Origin: a virus
Taxonomy: Duplodnaviria; Heunggongvirae; Uroviricota; Caudoviricetes
Length of the DNA stretch: 64,000 nucleotides
IMG/VR virus record: IMGVR_UViG_3300037156_000269
Coordinates: 96,626-160,625 of that record
Direction: 5' to 3' (one strand)
The translations under genes were made by a program, and so were the position numbers. This document shows, piece after piece, positions 37,115-46,443 of the stretch. The notes beneath the pieces are model-generated. The model ran no database searches. It was not told the DNA's origin and saw only the letters and a program-made list of their open reading frames with translations. How positions within the stretch are numbered: the stretch's first letter is position 1; each line of letters opens with the position of its first letter.

Positions 37115-37726
37115 CTGCTATTACCCCCTGGTTCATTTTCAGATGAGTGCCTATTTTACGTCAATGCTGCTGCGGTCTAGGATCACAAATTAATGCTATT
37201 TTTGTGATCAGAGGGTAGGTCGAAAGCGTCACCAGAAATAGGCAAAAACCATCATTTGTAACCATGTCACCAGCCACCGGAAGAGAGAGGGAGTCAGAAA
37301 GGAAAAATATGAAGGAAAGGGTATGTAGTCACAAAAACTTTTATTAGGAGCTTATTAAAGATGTCGCTGGTGACGGTGGTGACACCCGCTGCGTCATTAA
37401 ATACTCCAGTGATTTCATACGACGCACGCTTTTGCGTTACAAATATTTTGTACCCACTTTTCCTATTTCTTTTTGTACTAGGGTATTTTTTAGGCATATA
37501 CGCACCGTATAAACGTAACGCACAGTAGCAATTGCTGCATTGCATTGGTCTAGTGTGTGTTGAAAGCCACATATTTTAGGCTATGACGCGATGTACAGTC
37601 GGTTACAAATCGCATTTGTAACCAGGATTTTTTACTCGTTCGGACTCATAAGGTTTGTTTAGTTTTTGGCCCATTTGATACGCCGCGCATTTTGTATACA
37701 AATTCGTGGTCTGTTGGTGGTGTGCC
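37115..37726. promoter_or_regulatory. roughly 600-bp intergenic region rich in inverted repeats (candidate operator cluster / origin)
   Basis: Perfect palindromes GATCACAAA-N12-TTTGTGATC (37181-37209) and GGTTACAAAT-CGC-ATTTGTAACC (37601-37623), related half-sites TTTGTAACC (37255) and GTTACAAATATTTTGTAC (37435); purine-rich tract 37280-37320. Confidence 0.4.
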
Positions 37727-38290
37727 TTACTCGCGAAGGTCCGTGCCCAGATCTCTGAGGGCTAAAAACAACGCAGCGCACCCGACTTGGGTGTCCATAA
37801 AAGTGGGATCAAATTCCCCGTCACTCACGTACTTTCCGGGCACCTGGTGGTTGGTCAGGGACCAGAGATATGGAGACGGAAGTCCCATATGGTCGTAGCC
37901 AAAGCCGTTCCAAGAATCACATTTCAAAAGTGAGGTGACTAAATCCCACGAGGCTCCGAGCGGGAGCCTATCAAATCCACGAAGCTTGAGCGAGTCGATT
38001 GCTCCGTCGGTCCAGTTATTGAATGGCCCGCGCCCAGATGGAACGTGTGTCGTCACCACACCAAGCGGGTCGCCATTACCAAGATAACGATTGTGGTTGC
38101 AGCCCTCTTCTCTCATGTCGAGCGCCGCCACCACATACCACGGAATTCCAGTGATATTTTCCACAGGAAGATAAAATCCGAATTTATATCCGAGCGCGGC
38201 TCTGGCGGCCATCTGCGCCTCGCTCACGTGACGCGGCAAGACCTGACAACTTTGCCACATGGAGAGCACAGACTGCTTGTTGATAATCAT
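37727..38290 (-). CDS. hypothetical protein (possible cell-wall hydrolase-like)
   Basis: 187-aa ORF; weak resemblance only. Confidence 0.35.
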   Translation of the reverse strand: MIINKQSVLSMWQSCQVLPRHVSEAQMAARAALGYKFGFYLPVENITGIPWYVVAALDMREEGCNHNRYLGNGDPLGVVTTHVPSGRGPFNNWTDGAIDSLKLRGFDRLPLGASWDLVTSLLKCDSWNGFGYDHMGLPSPYLWSLTNHQVPGKYVSDGEFDPTFMDTQVGCAALFLALRDLGTDLRE

Positions 38291-39351
38291 AGTTTCAAAC
38301 CCTCGCGAGCGAATGGGGACTCGAAGAATCCTACATCATGCTCTCTATTGGGGTAGTCATTGATGAGCCGGACAAAGACCGAGTTGAGGTAGCCAGCGGT
38401 ACGGTCACAAAGTTCTCGGTAAGCCTGGTGTACAGCTATCGATTCAAACCCCCAGCCCTCTCTTACCCATAGAAGTTTTTCATAGAGCTCCATGGGCTCA
38501 GTCGCTGACGTGAGTTGAAGGTTGCTGAGTGTGTACTTATTACCCCCGGTCAGCAAAGGGTTTTTAGAGACCAACCCCGAAGACGACGGTGACGTAATCA
38601 CCGGAATCCCGCGCGCCCAAGCTTCTTGCACGGTGTTCGAATAACACTCCAGATGTGAGAGGTGAACAAGCACAGAGCAAGATCTGAGCATAGCGAGAAA
38701 AGCTTCTTGCGGCCGACTGTAGGCCGGTGACTCCACGACTTCTACGTTCTTGTGGTTGGCTGCAAAATCTCGCGCAATGATTTTCGGTCCTTCAGTATTT
38801 TTGTACCAATGGTCCGCGCCGAGAATACCGATTCTAAATGTAGCTGGAGGCACCACTTTCGTCTGTAAAGGAAACGCATGTGGCACCCACACAGCAAATG
38901 TCCTTCGGACTTTCTGGTAATATTCGGCCGTTTGCGGGTGAACAAACCCCATGAGATCGACGAGACCACGTTTGAATGCTGTCTCGAATTCCGGTTCTTG
39001 CCAGTCTTTGTGAAAATAAGATCCGTGAAACTGTGTGCTGTGACTAACATTGAGAATAGGGAACTCTTTATTCCCCGATCGCTTAAGCTCAGTCAAAAGC
39101 TCTATGTAGCCTTTGCTCCAGCCACCAACGACAAGAACATCAGGTCCTTTGTGAAAGATGGCACTCGCGAGTTGCTGCCACTCATGAGGTGAAGCCATGT
39201 GTGGAGCTGGTAGCCAGTCCGTGCAGATGGCTCTGGTGGCTACGGACACACCTAGAAAATCCGGGTTGGAGATGCCGAGGATTCTCATTTCTTCTCCATG
39301 AAGAGAGCCACGATCTTTCCGCCAAGCATGAGAGGAAGACTTAACGGCCAC
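38287..39351 (-). CDS. GT4-like (GT-B fold) glycosyltransferase
   Basis: C-terminal E-x7-E-type motif ECYSNTVQEAWARGIPVITS typical of retaining GT-B transferases. Confidence 0.6.
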   Translation of the reverse strand: MAVKSSSHAWRKDRGSLHGEEMRILGISNPDFLGVSVATRAICTDWLPAPHMASPHEWQQLASAIFHKGPDVLVVGGWSKGYIELLTELKRSGNKEFPILNVSHSTQFHGSYFHKDWQEPEFETAFKRGLVDLMGFVHPQTAEYYQKVRRTFAVWVPHAFPLQTKVVPPATFRIGILGADHWYKNTEGPKIIARDFAANHKNVEVVESPAYSRPQEAFLAMLRSCSVLVHLSHLECYSNTVQEAWARGIPVITSPSSSGLVSKNPLLTGGNKYTLSNLQLTSATEPMELYEKLLWVREGWGFESIAVHQAYRELCDRTAGYLNSVFVRLINDYPNREHDVGFFESPFAREGLKL

Positions 39352-39539
39352 AATAGTCCCGCCAGAACATTTGTGTGATCGTCCCTACCGCTCCCGTCGT
39401 TAAACAGTATTGTCAGTACGCCACCTGCCACCATTAAATAGAGAGCTGCGGGTAGTAGGAAGTATAATAAAAAATCCACTCTATCTCCTGTCTTCGTTCG
39501 ACCAAACCTCAATGCCGTCTTTAAACAAAGTGAAATCAT
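39285..39539 (-). CDS. small membrane protein
   Basis: Two TM helices. Confidence 0.35.
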   Translation of the reverse strand: MISLCLKTALRFGRTKTGDRVDFLLYFLLPAALYLMVAGGVLTILFNDGSGRDDHTNVLAGLLWPLSLPLMLGGKIVALFMEKK

Positions 39540-39757
39540 CGTACATTACATCTACGGGCTCAGCTCCAGCCATAAGCTTACCACCATCTTCTGTGTGGGC
39601 TCTCTTGCGTAAGCTGGCACGGCTGGGGTTGCCTTCTCGAAGGTATATTTCTATGACGGATCCTACCAACACGCCTTTTCTCTTAACGGTATACTGGTTG
39701 GCATTTGTTGACTCAGCAGAGAGATAAAAGAAACCTTCTATACCAAACAAATCCATG

Positions 39758-40720
39758 TCACATCCCTTCGTAAATATTAACAAACCTCTGAGTCATATCT
39801 TTCGGGTGCCAGTACTTCTCCATCCAAGATCTACTTGCTTCGGCTAACATCTTCACACCGCCTGGATCATAAACACAGCCCATGAGCCTGCGTTTTAAGG
39901 TTTCAGGTCTTGCGAGCGCCCAGGGGTGGAAGCCAGCCCCTGTCAAGTCCTTGATGGTTTTGATCTGTATCTCATCAAGCCCAGCAAATGTAAAGCATCC
40001 TTGTGAGAGTGACTCTAAACTAACTAAGTGATAAGATCCTGTGATGATTTCGTCAATGGATATGTTGCACTCACCTCTAAGACGCAAGCACTCTGCGTGC
40101 GGTCTGTCTTGAATAACAACGGCTGTGATGAGTTTAGCATCAACTAATGTTTGTAGGACTGGCAGGGTCTCTTTGAATCCCTTATCATCCCATCCCAAGA
40201 GTCCGATTCGAGAGGGGCTGTAAGCAATGCGGAGAGGTCCACTCCAAAGTCTCTCTTGAGGTCTAAGCAGAGGCTCTTCAATGTCGATGACGTTGGGTAC
40301 AATGGTGCACTCTGGCCATTCGCGCGGGTGGTACTGCCCGATGACGAGGTGCTTGGCCGCCTTATCGCGCAGACCTTCTTCAATATCCATCCATGCTGTG
40401 CTTCTCGGTGAGTGAACTTGCCAAACGCGAGGTTTTCGCAAACAGATTTGCCAGAGGTCAGGGTATTTCCTAAAGAGTTCTTGATTAGAGTAAAAGTTAT
40501 GGAAGTGGAAAATGTCGGCGTCTTCCATAATTTTTCTGATTTCGTCATAGCTGTGCACTCCGATAAGTAAATCTGATTTGTAAACTCGAGCTTCGTTACG
40601 GTCACTGGCCGCAATGTGTCGGCACCGGACCTTGTCACCCTGATATTTACTCAGAGCAAGCGCCAGGTTCATTGGGGCGCCGGCTATGGGATTTTCTGTA
40701 ATATGACAAACTCGTATCAT
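39758..40720 (-). CDS. putative GT-B-like glycosyltransferase
   Basis: 320 aa with Rossmann-like halves and SLESLSQGCFTFAG segment; weak. Confidence 0.4.
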   Translation of the reverse strand: MIRVCHITENPIAGAPMNLALALSKYQGDKVRCRHIAASDRNEARVYKSDLLIGVHSYDEIRKIMEDADIFHFHNFYSNQELFRKYPDLWQICLRKPRVWQVHSPRSTAWMDIEEGLRDKAAKHLVIGQYHPREWPECTIVPNVIDIEEPLLRPQERLWSGPLRIAYSPSRIGLLGWDDKGFKETLPVLQTLVDAKLITAVVIQDRPHAECLRLRGECNISIDEIITGSYHLVSLESLSQGCFTFAGLDEIQIKTIKDLTGAGFHPWALARPETLKRRLMGCVYDPGGVKMLAEASRSWMEKYWHPKDMTQRFVNIYEGM

Positions 40721-40980
40721 TGCGTTAGCGTCTCCGGAGGTTTCTGATCCTCTGTCGATTTCGCGATCAAACCCTTAAATGCCTCTGCTGTTTTTCGCAT
40801 AACGAAGCGAACGAGGGTGTCTTTTGGATTTTCGTGAAGGTACAGGAGCTCCTCGTCGGTCACGACAACGTCGATCTTGATTGCGAAGTTAGTGTTGGGG
40901 TCGATCGTGAGGGTGACTTTCTTAAATTCTTCTACTGGCGGTTCTTCTTTGACGGGGACCTCTGCTGTTTCGCTGGACAT
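40717..40980 (-). CDS. hypothetical protein
   Basis: 87-aa ORF. Confidence 0.4.
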   Translation of the reverse strand: MSSETAEVPVKEEPPVEEFKKVTLTIDPNTNFAIKIDVVVTDEELLYLHENPKDTLVRFVMRKTAEAFKGLIAKSTEDQKPPETLTQ

Positions 40981-41068
40981 GGGGGTTCTCCTTATTGTAT
41001 CGTTTTAAAACAGGTTGACATAATAGGCAAGAATTTCCTACCATTTAAAAAACTTTAAAGGGGGCCCT

Positions 41069-41455
41069 GTGAACGTAGCAGAAATCGCACGAATCGCGCA
41101 CCAGGTAAATAAGGGATATTGTGAGGCCATGGGTGACATGAGCCAAAAAGATTGGCACGTGGCCCCTGAGTGGCAGCGTGACTCTGCAATCAATGGTGTT
41201 GGTTTTATCATCTCCAATCCGACAGCAACTCCTAAAGAAGTCCATGAGGGTTGGAAGAAGCAGAAGATCGCTGAGGGCTGGACCTACGGACCAGTAAAGG
41301 ATGAGGCTAGAAAAGAGCATCACTGTATTGTAGAGGATTACAATATGCTCCCTCTAGCACAGCGCGTGAAAGATAATTTGTTTAGAACAGTTGTTCTGTC
41401 TTTATGTGAGCCAACAGCAAAGGAAGAAGATGTTGCCATACAGCCAGGAGTTTAA
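41069..41455 (+). CDS. hypothetical protein
   Basis: 128-aa ORF, first gene of the plus-strand block. Confidence 0.45.
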   Translation: MNVAEIARIAHQVNKGYCEAMGDMSQKDWHVAPEWQRDSAINGVGFIISNPTATPKEVHEGWKKQKIAEGWTYGPVKDEARKEHHCIVEDYNMLPLAQRVKDNLFRTVVLSLCEPTAKEEDVAIQPGV

Positions 41456-41630
41456 ATCTTTAAAGACTATAGAGGGTGACCATATAAGGTGCGTTTTGCG
41501 CAATTTTAAGGGCCATTTGACGAAAGCGGCAGGTGTTCTTGGCATTAGCCGCGCAACGCTCTATCGGAAACTACTCGTGCATGACTTGGTCGACCAGGTA
41601 AAAAAGTACAGAGAGTTTCGGGATCTATGA
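41391..41630 (+). CDS. Fis-family HTH DNA-binding protein
   Basis: C-terminal GHLTKAAGVLGISRATLYRKL matches the Fis/NtrC-type HTH. Confidence 0.55.
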   Translation: MFCLYVSQQQRKKMLPYSQEFKSLKTIEGDHIRCVLRNFKGHLTKAAGVLGISRATLYRKLLVHDLVDQVKKYREFRDL

Positions 41631-42301
41631 ATTGGTTCTCGAGCGATCATCACTTTTGGCACAGGAACGTGATCACCTATGAGAAGCGGCCTTATTCTTT
41701 ATCTGACGATGGCGTTCTTCAAATGAATGAGGACATGATTTCTAAGTGGAATGAAGTCGTTAAGCCAGACGATGTGGTCTACTATCTCGGGGATTTTTCG
41801 CTTTCTCATAGAGCGGCTGAAGTTTATACAGGTCGTCTCAACGGCTACAAGATTTTGATCCAGGGCAACCATGACTGGGGGCATCCGGCGCACAAGAAAT
41901 CACGCACGGTTGAGGGTCAGAACAAATGGCGGGCGAACTATCTGAAGTGGGGTTGGGATGAGATCCACACGGAGCTGGAGATTTTTATAGGCCCTGATGA
42001 TATCCGAGTACGGCTACATCACATGCCTTATTTAGATGAGAACGACCCGAACCAGAACCACAAAAAGTTCAGACTCAAAGACGACGGCGTTCCCCTTATT
42101 TGCGGGCACGTGCATAGTCGGTGGGCCAACCGCTTAAGTAAAAGGGCGACGCCTCAGGTGAATGTTGGTGTGGACGTTCGCGGCTTTTACCCTATTAACG
42201 AAGACAAAGTGATGGAGCTGTTCAAATATCTTGTGAGCCCTGAATACAATGGCCCGGAAGTAAAGAACTTAAATTTGACCGAGGAATCTAGTGGAGATTG
42301 A
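41627..42301 (+). CDS. calcineurin-like metallophosphoesterase
   Basis: Motifs DHHFWH, YYLGDFS, GNHDW, GHVH in phosphoesterase order. Confidence 0.7.
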   Translation: MNWFSSDHHFWHRNVITYEKRPYSLSDDGVLQMNEDMISKWNEVVKPDDVVYYLGDFSLSHRAAEVYTGRLNGYKILIQGNHDWGHPAHKKSRTVEGQNKWRANYLKWGWDEIHTELEIFIGPDDIRVRLHHMPYLDENDPNQNHKKFRLKDDGVPLICGHVHSRWANRLSKRATPQVNVGVDVRGFYPINEDKVMELFKYLVSPEYNGPEVKNLNLTEESSGD

Positions 42302-42779
42302 AATAAAGTGTCACAAGCAGGAAAATCTGCGGACTCGCTACAGGATCGAGTGGAAGCCGGCGGATCCACCGGTAGACGCCAATGGCCTTGAGGGTCGACC
42401 TTTCAGAACGTGCAGTTACTGCGGGTCTATGCACCCTGAGGATATGCTAGCGGCCTTGAGAGCAGGAGCCCAGCTTCAGGGATCGGACTGGAAGCACGGC
42501 TGGCCGAATAAGCTCTATGTTTTTGACATACCGAATCCTGCGACAGGAACTCCTGCGATCGTGAGCCACACAAAGCGCATGAAGAATGGCGAGTGGTTTA
42601 ACGAGCCTGTTTGGGGTGAGGTTGGCAAAACAACCCACGGCAGGTGGTATAACAGGCATTTCTTTGATCTCAGTCCAGAGGATTTCGAAGAGATCACAGA
42701 TGAGATTCACAAACAAATCGGCTTGAGATTTGTGCTCGATGACGATGGGCTTTATTTTTTAGTTGAGGGGGAGAAGTGA
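42291..42779 (+). CDS. hypothetical protein
   Basis: 162-aa ORF, overlap-coupled. Confidence 0.45.
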   Translation: MEIEIKCHKQENLRTRYRIEWKPADPPVDANGLEGRPFRTCSYCGSMHPEDMLAALRAGAQLQGSDWKHGWPNKLYVFDIPNPATGTPAIVSHTKRMKNGEWFNEPVWGEVGKTTHGRWYNRHFFDLSPEDFEEITDEIHKQIGLRFVLDDDGLYFLVEGEK

Positions 42780-43741
42780 TCGCTTTAGTTTTAAGCTCAG
42801 CGTGGTCAAGATATTATGCGTCGTCTCCATTCAACAATCTTTTAAATTCAAGTCACCCTAAATTTCTTGTCGCAGCAGTACTCCCTCACGAAACTACGAA
42901 CGAGGTTTTTAGAGCGGCCGTAAATGATTGCTCTGCCCTCATTGTCGACGACGTGCTGGCACCGCACATGGATTTTTATACGAATGGCCCGAAGCTCATG
43001 ATTGGCGGGGACCCACACGCGCACGACATGAAAAAGGTCGAGCAGCTCGAGCGTGAGTATGCTTCTGTTGACTACGTGCTCACGGGAGCGGTGTTCTCTA
43101 AAAAGCTATCCCCTCCTTATTTTTATCCAAAAGAAGAGACGCGCGCGAAGCACGTTTATTTCCCGCATAGCGTGCCTGATCAAATGCCTGTAGGCTTGCC
43201 GTGGGCGCAGCGCAACACAATAGCGCTCCTGTCAGGAAGTGTTTCGCAAGATGTCTATCCGTTCAGATGGCAGTGCCGCGAGATCGCACGCCGAGGCGGA
43301 CAAATTGAGTTGCTAGATCTAAACAACTTCCAGCACGCGGCGTACTTCGAACATCTTGGCAAATACAAAGCCGCTATCACTTGCCCATCTGTTTTTGAGT
43401 ACATGGTGGCGAAGTATGTGGAGATTCCTTGGACGGGCACTGTGCTTATCGCTCCTAAAGTTTGCAAAGAAGAGTCGGAGCTTATGGGGTTTGAGCACAG
43501 TAAAAACGTGATCTGGACAGATCATGCCCATAGCGTTTCTCGAGCCGTAGAAGTTGCGCTCACTCAGGGCGAGAACGTAGCGAGAGCCGGAGCCGAACTT
43601 ATGCAAAAGAGCCACACCGCGAGCCGGAGACTTGACTACGTTGTTCGTTTAGTGGAGCGTATTAAACAAGGCAGCTTTGTACCGGAAGACGCGAAGGATA
43701 TTTTTCTGAAAGATCGTAAGGGGGAGCACACGGATGTTTGA
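42776..43741 (+). CDS. hypothetical protein
   Basis: 321-aa ORF, overlap-coupled to the acyltransferase gene. Confidence 0.5.
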   Translation: MIALVLSSAWSRYYASSPFNNLLNSSHPKFLVAAVLPHETTNEVFRAAVNDCSALIVDDVLAPHMDFYTNGPKLMIGGDPHAHDMKKVEQLEREYASVDYVLTGAVFSKKLSPPYFYPKEETRAKHVYFPHSVPDQMPVGLPWAQRNTIALLSGSVSQDVYPFRWQCREIARRGGQIELLDLNNFQHAAYFEHLGKYKAAITCPSVFEYMVAKYVEIPWTGTVLIAPKVCKEESELMGFEHSKNVIWTDHAHSVSRAVEVALTQGENVARAGAELMQKSHTASRRLDYVVRLVERIKQGSFVPEDAKDIFLKDRKGEHTDV

Positions 43742-44390
43742 TGATTATGAAAAGACCCGCTATCCAGGAAATATAATTCATCCGACTGCTATTATAGATT
43801 CAAGCTGCATTATGGGTACGGAGAACTTCATCGGCCCGCACACAGTAATAGGTCAGGGCGTGCGGATTGGAAATCGTAACCGAATTGAGGGCTTCGCCTC
43901 GATCGGATCTCCGGCCGAGCACCAGCGCTATTTCATTCCCGACGATGCCGAGAGACCTACGATAATTGGGCATGACTGTGTTATAAGAGAGTTTACAACA
44001 ATCAACGCGCCAACAACGGGCGAGACGCGGATGGGCAATGGCTGCGTCATGCTTCGCGGCTCGCACCTCTCTCATGATTCAGTTTTGGGAGACAAGGTGA
44101 ATCTGAGCTGTGGGGTTCTCTTAGGCGGACATTCGCACGTCATGAGTTGGGCAACTTTAGGTCTTGGTGCGATCACGCACCAATTTTCGGTTATCGGAGC
44201 GGCAGCTTTTCTCGGCATGGGCACGATCGTAACTAAGAAGTCGGTCATTCGGCCGGGCGAGAAGTACGTGGGAAACCCAGCGAGGCACATCGGTCATAAT
44301 GCCATTGGGGTAGAGAAGGCTTGTTCTGCCGGATTTAACATGGCCGATGCTGATGCTGAGTTCTGGAGACTAAAGGAAACGAAGTCATGA
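43734..44390 (+). CDS. LpxA-like left-handed beta-helix (hexapeptide-repeat) acyltransferase
   Basis: IHPTAIIDSSCIMGTENFIGPHTVIGQGVRIG ... FASIG ... hexapeptide repeats aligning with the UDP-GlcNAc acyltransferase LpxA N-terminus. Confidence 0.7.
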   Translation: MFDDYEKTRYPGNIIHPTAIIDSSCIMGTENFIGPHTVIGQGVRIGNRNRIEGFASIGSPAEHQRYFIPDDAERPTIIGHDCVIREFTTINAPTTGETRMGNGCVMLRGSHLSHDSVLGDKVNLSCGVLLGGHSHVMSWATLGLGAITHQFSVIGAAAFLGMGTIVTKKSVIRPGEKYVGNPARHIGHNAIGVEKACSAGFNMADADAEFWRLKETKS

Positions 44391-44626
44391 GGCGCTTTGA
44401 TAGATTTTTAATCGGTATAGATAATGCCTTTGAGAGCGGGCTCGGGCAGATAACTGTCTATTTCCTCGGACTAATCATCATGGGTCACGTTATAAAGTCG
44501 AACGGAGTGGACACAGTCGACGCCGCTGTCTGCGCAGTGCTGTGGCCTGTTATTTTGTTTTTCTGGCTTGTCTGGAAATTGGTGTGTGCTCTGGTATCTG
44601 TCGCGGTCTTCTTGGCCACGTTCTAA
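44387..44626 (+). CDS. small membrane protein
   Basis: Two TM helices. Confidence 0.4.
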   Translation: MRRFDRFLIGIDNAFESGLGQITVYFLGLIIMGHVIKSNGVDTVDAAVCAVLWPVILFFWLVWKLVCALVSVAVFLATF

Positions 44627-44674
44627 ACAAAAACCTGGTCTAGTGCGCCATTGCGTCACCATTTATAATGGGCG

Positions 44675-45244
44675 ATGCTGTTTATTATTCTCCTGACGAT
44701 TTTCTTTAATCATACCAAGGTGCAGGTCTCGGAAGCGGCTGAGATACCGGTCCCGACAAAAGAGCTTGCCGGGTACTTGTCTACTTTCGTGAGGGAATCG
44801 CGCGGGGTCGTTAAGCTCAGGGACCTGACTGATTCGGAATATGTTTTTAAGAGGCTCGCATGGGAACCGGGCGACGGCGGGACGATCGCTGACTGTGTGG
44901 CTCCTCCGCATGCCTTGCCTTTTGTGATTCACTTGGACTCACGCTACTGGAAAAAATCAACTAGGCAGACACGCGAGGCCATCATGTTTCATGAGCTGGG
45001 GCACTGCGCTTGTGGCCGAGATCACACTTACGCGAAGAGTTCTAAGTGGCTTATCGAGCTCCTCGAGCGCGTGGGGTTCCACGTGGAACATGCGCATAAG
45101 CTGCTGGACGGCTGCCCCGACTCGGTTATGAACTGGACGGTACCGAAGGGCGGATGCTGGATGGCGCACCGCGATTGGTACATGAAAGAGCTTTTTAGGA
45201 AGTGCACACCGTCGGTGAGGGAGATTCCTGAGGATGACCGCTAG
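44675..45244 (+). CDS. putative zinc metallopeptidase (HExxH)
   Basis: N-terminal hydrophobic segment then FHELGHCACGRDH. Confidence 0.5.
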   Translation: MLFIILLTIFFNHTKVQVSEAAEIPVPTKELAGYLSTFVRESRGVVKLRDLTDSEYVFKRLAWEPGDGGTIADCVAPPHALPFVIHLDSRYWKKSTRQTREAIMFHELGHCACGRDHTYAKSSKWLIELLERVGFHVEHAHKLLDGCPDSVMNWTVPKGGCWMAHRDWYMKELFRKCTPSVREIPEDDR

Positions 45245-45281
45245 TAGTAAAAACTCCAGTTTTGGTCACCAATCGCAATCT

Positions 45282-45331
45282 TGTTTTTAACCACAAAACC
45301 CTATAGTGACTGTTTTTTAACCACAAAACCC
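45282..45331 (+). repeat. tandem direct repeat TGTTTTT(T)AACCACAAAACCC x2 (about 29-30 bp period)
   Basis: Two near-identical 20/21-nt copies at 45282-45301 and 45311-45331, in the intergenic space upstream of the 45490 gene. Confidence 0.5.
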
Positions 45332-45489
45332 GGTGTCCGGCGATGAACGTGGGGCATGGGAAGTTTCCGAAATTATTCAGGTCCGACACCGATAATTTCT
45401 GCTTTTTTACATAATTTGTTTTATGATTAGCAGACCAAACGTCCTTAACAATGCGGGCCCGGACGTGCCGCCTAAAAATGGGAGTGTCT

Positions 45490-46380
45490 ATGAGCGCTTG
45501 GGAAAAAGGCTTTGTTGCCGTCATTCTAGATTCAAACGGAAAACCAATCAGAGAATTCAACGAGGGTGAAAACCGTACGGTTCGCGTGCCGTTCGATTCA
45601 GAATATATTTTGAGGTTTAAGAACACCACCGACGCGCGCGCCTACGTCCGCATCGAGATCGACGGGATGGACGTGCTTGGCGGGAAAAGGCTGATTCTTC
45701 CGGCCAAAACCACAAAGGACCTCGAGCGCTTTTTAGAGGGCGATAACACCAAAGGCCGAAAGTTCAAGTTTGTCACCGCGGGCGGTCCTGGCATTACCGA
45801 TCCGACGTCGGCCGAGAACGGTCTTATCCGTGTGATCTTCGAGCCCGAGTCTGTTGTGACCACACTGCTCATGACCACCGGCAGTCTCGGTGTCACGGCT
45901 CCATGCATGTCGTCTGGTATCCTTAGAGGCGGCAGCGATCTAGTCAACACAGGCATTCTGGGCTCTGTTATAGGCACAGCCTATAACTGCAGCGAGGCGT
46001 CTATCTCTTCAGCCGTTAACACAGGGGCTATTCAGCCGACAACAACGACCAACATGTGCTTGGACAGGGATGGGAATAGCCACAAGAAAATGGCCCGCCG
46101 TACGGACATCGGCGCGACATCCACCGGATCTGCAAGCGGTCAACGGTTCACAGATTCGAATGAGTGGTTTCCGACTCTAGCCCCGATTCAGATTGATATC
46201 TGGATGCGCGGCCCGAAGGTAGTTGATGAACCTAAGCCGTTCATCTGCTACCCAGCCTTTCAGCCAGCGAGCGGCGGGATTTTCTACAAAGGCGAAGTAA
46301 TGCAAGGCGTTAAAGAGTTCTCTTTTTCGGGTGGGGAAGTCATTTTGAAGCTGGATCCGGCTCAGATCACTTTTAAATAA
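45490..46380 (+). CDS. hypothetical protein
   Basis: Start MSAWEK with GGGAG RBS (track ORF begins at 45451). Confidence 0.5.
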   Translation: MSAWEKGFVAVILDSNGKPIREFNEGENRTVRVPFDSEYILRFKNTTDARAYVRIEIDGMDVLGGKRLILPAKTTKDLERFLEGDNTKGRKFKFVTAGGPGITDPTSAENGLIRVIFEPESVVTTLLMTTGSLGVTAPCMSSGILRGGSDLVNTGILGSVIGTAYNCSEASISSAVNTGAIQPTTTTNMCLDRDGNSHKKMARRTDIGATSTGSASGQRFTDSNEWFPTLAPIQIDIWMRGPKVVDEPKPFICYPAFQPASGGIFYKGEVMQGVKEFSFSGGEVILKLDPAQITFK

Positions 46381-46443
46381 AAACACTAGGACCCGACCCT
46401 AACATGACTGATTGACGCGCATGGACTAGGATAGACTTAGTCC

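Noticed and set aside
37294-37572. 92-aa ORF inside the large intergenic region
   Set aside because: It has no Shine-Dalgarno or conserved start context and odd composition, and the region is better explained as regulatory DNA.
45282-45331. CRISPR array
   Set aside because: Only two repeat copies are present, with no further spacers and no cas genes. A regulatory direct repeat is more plausible.
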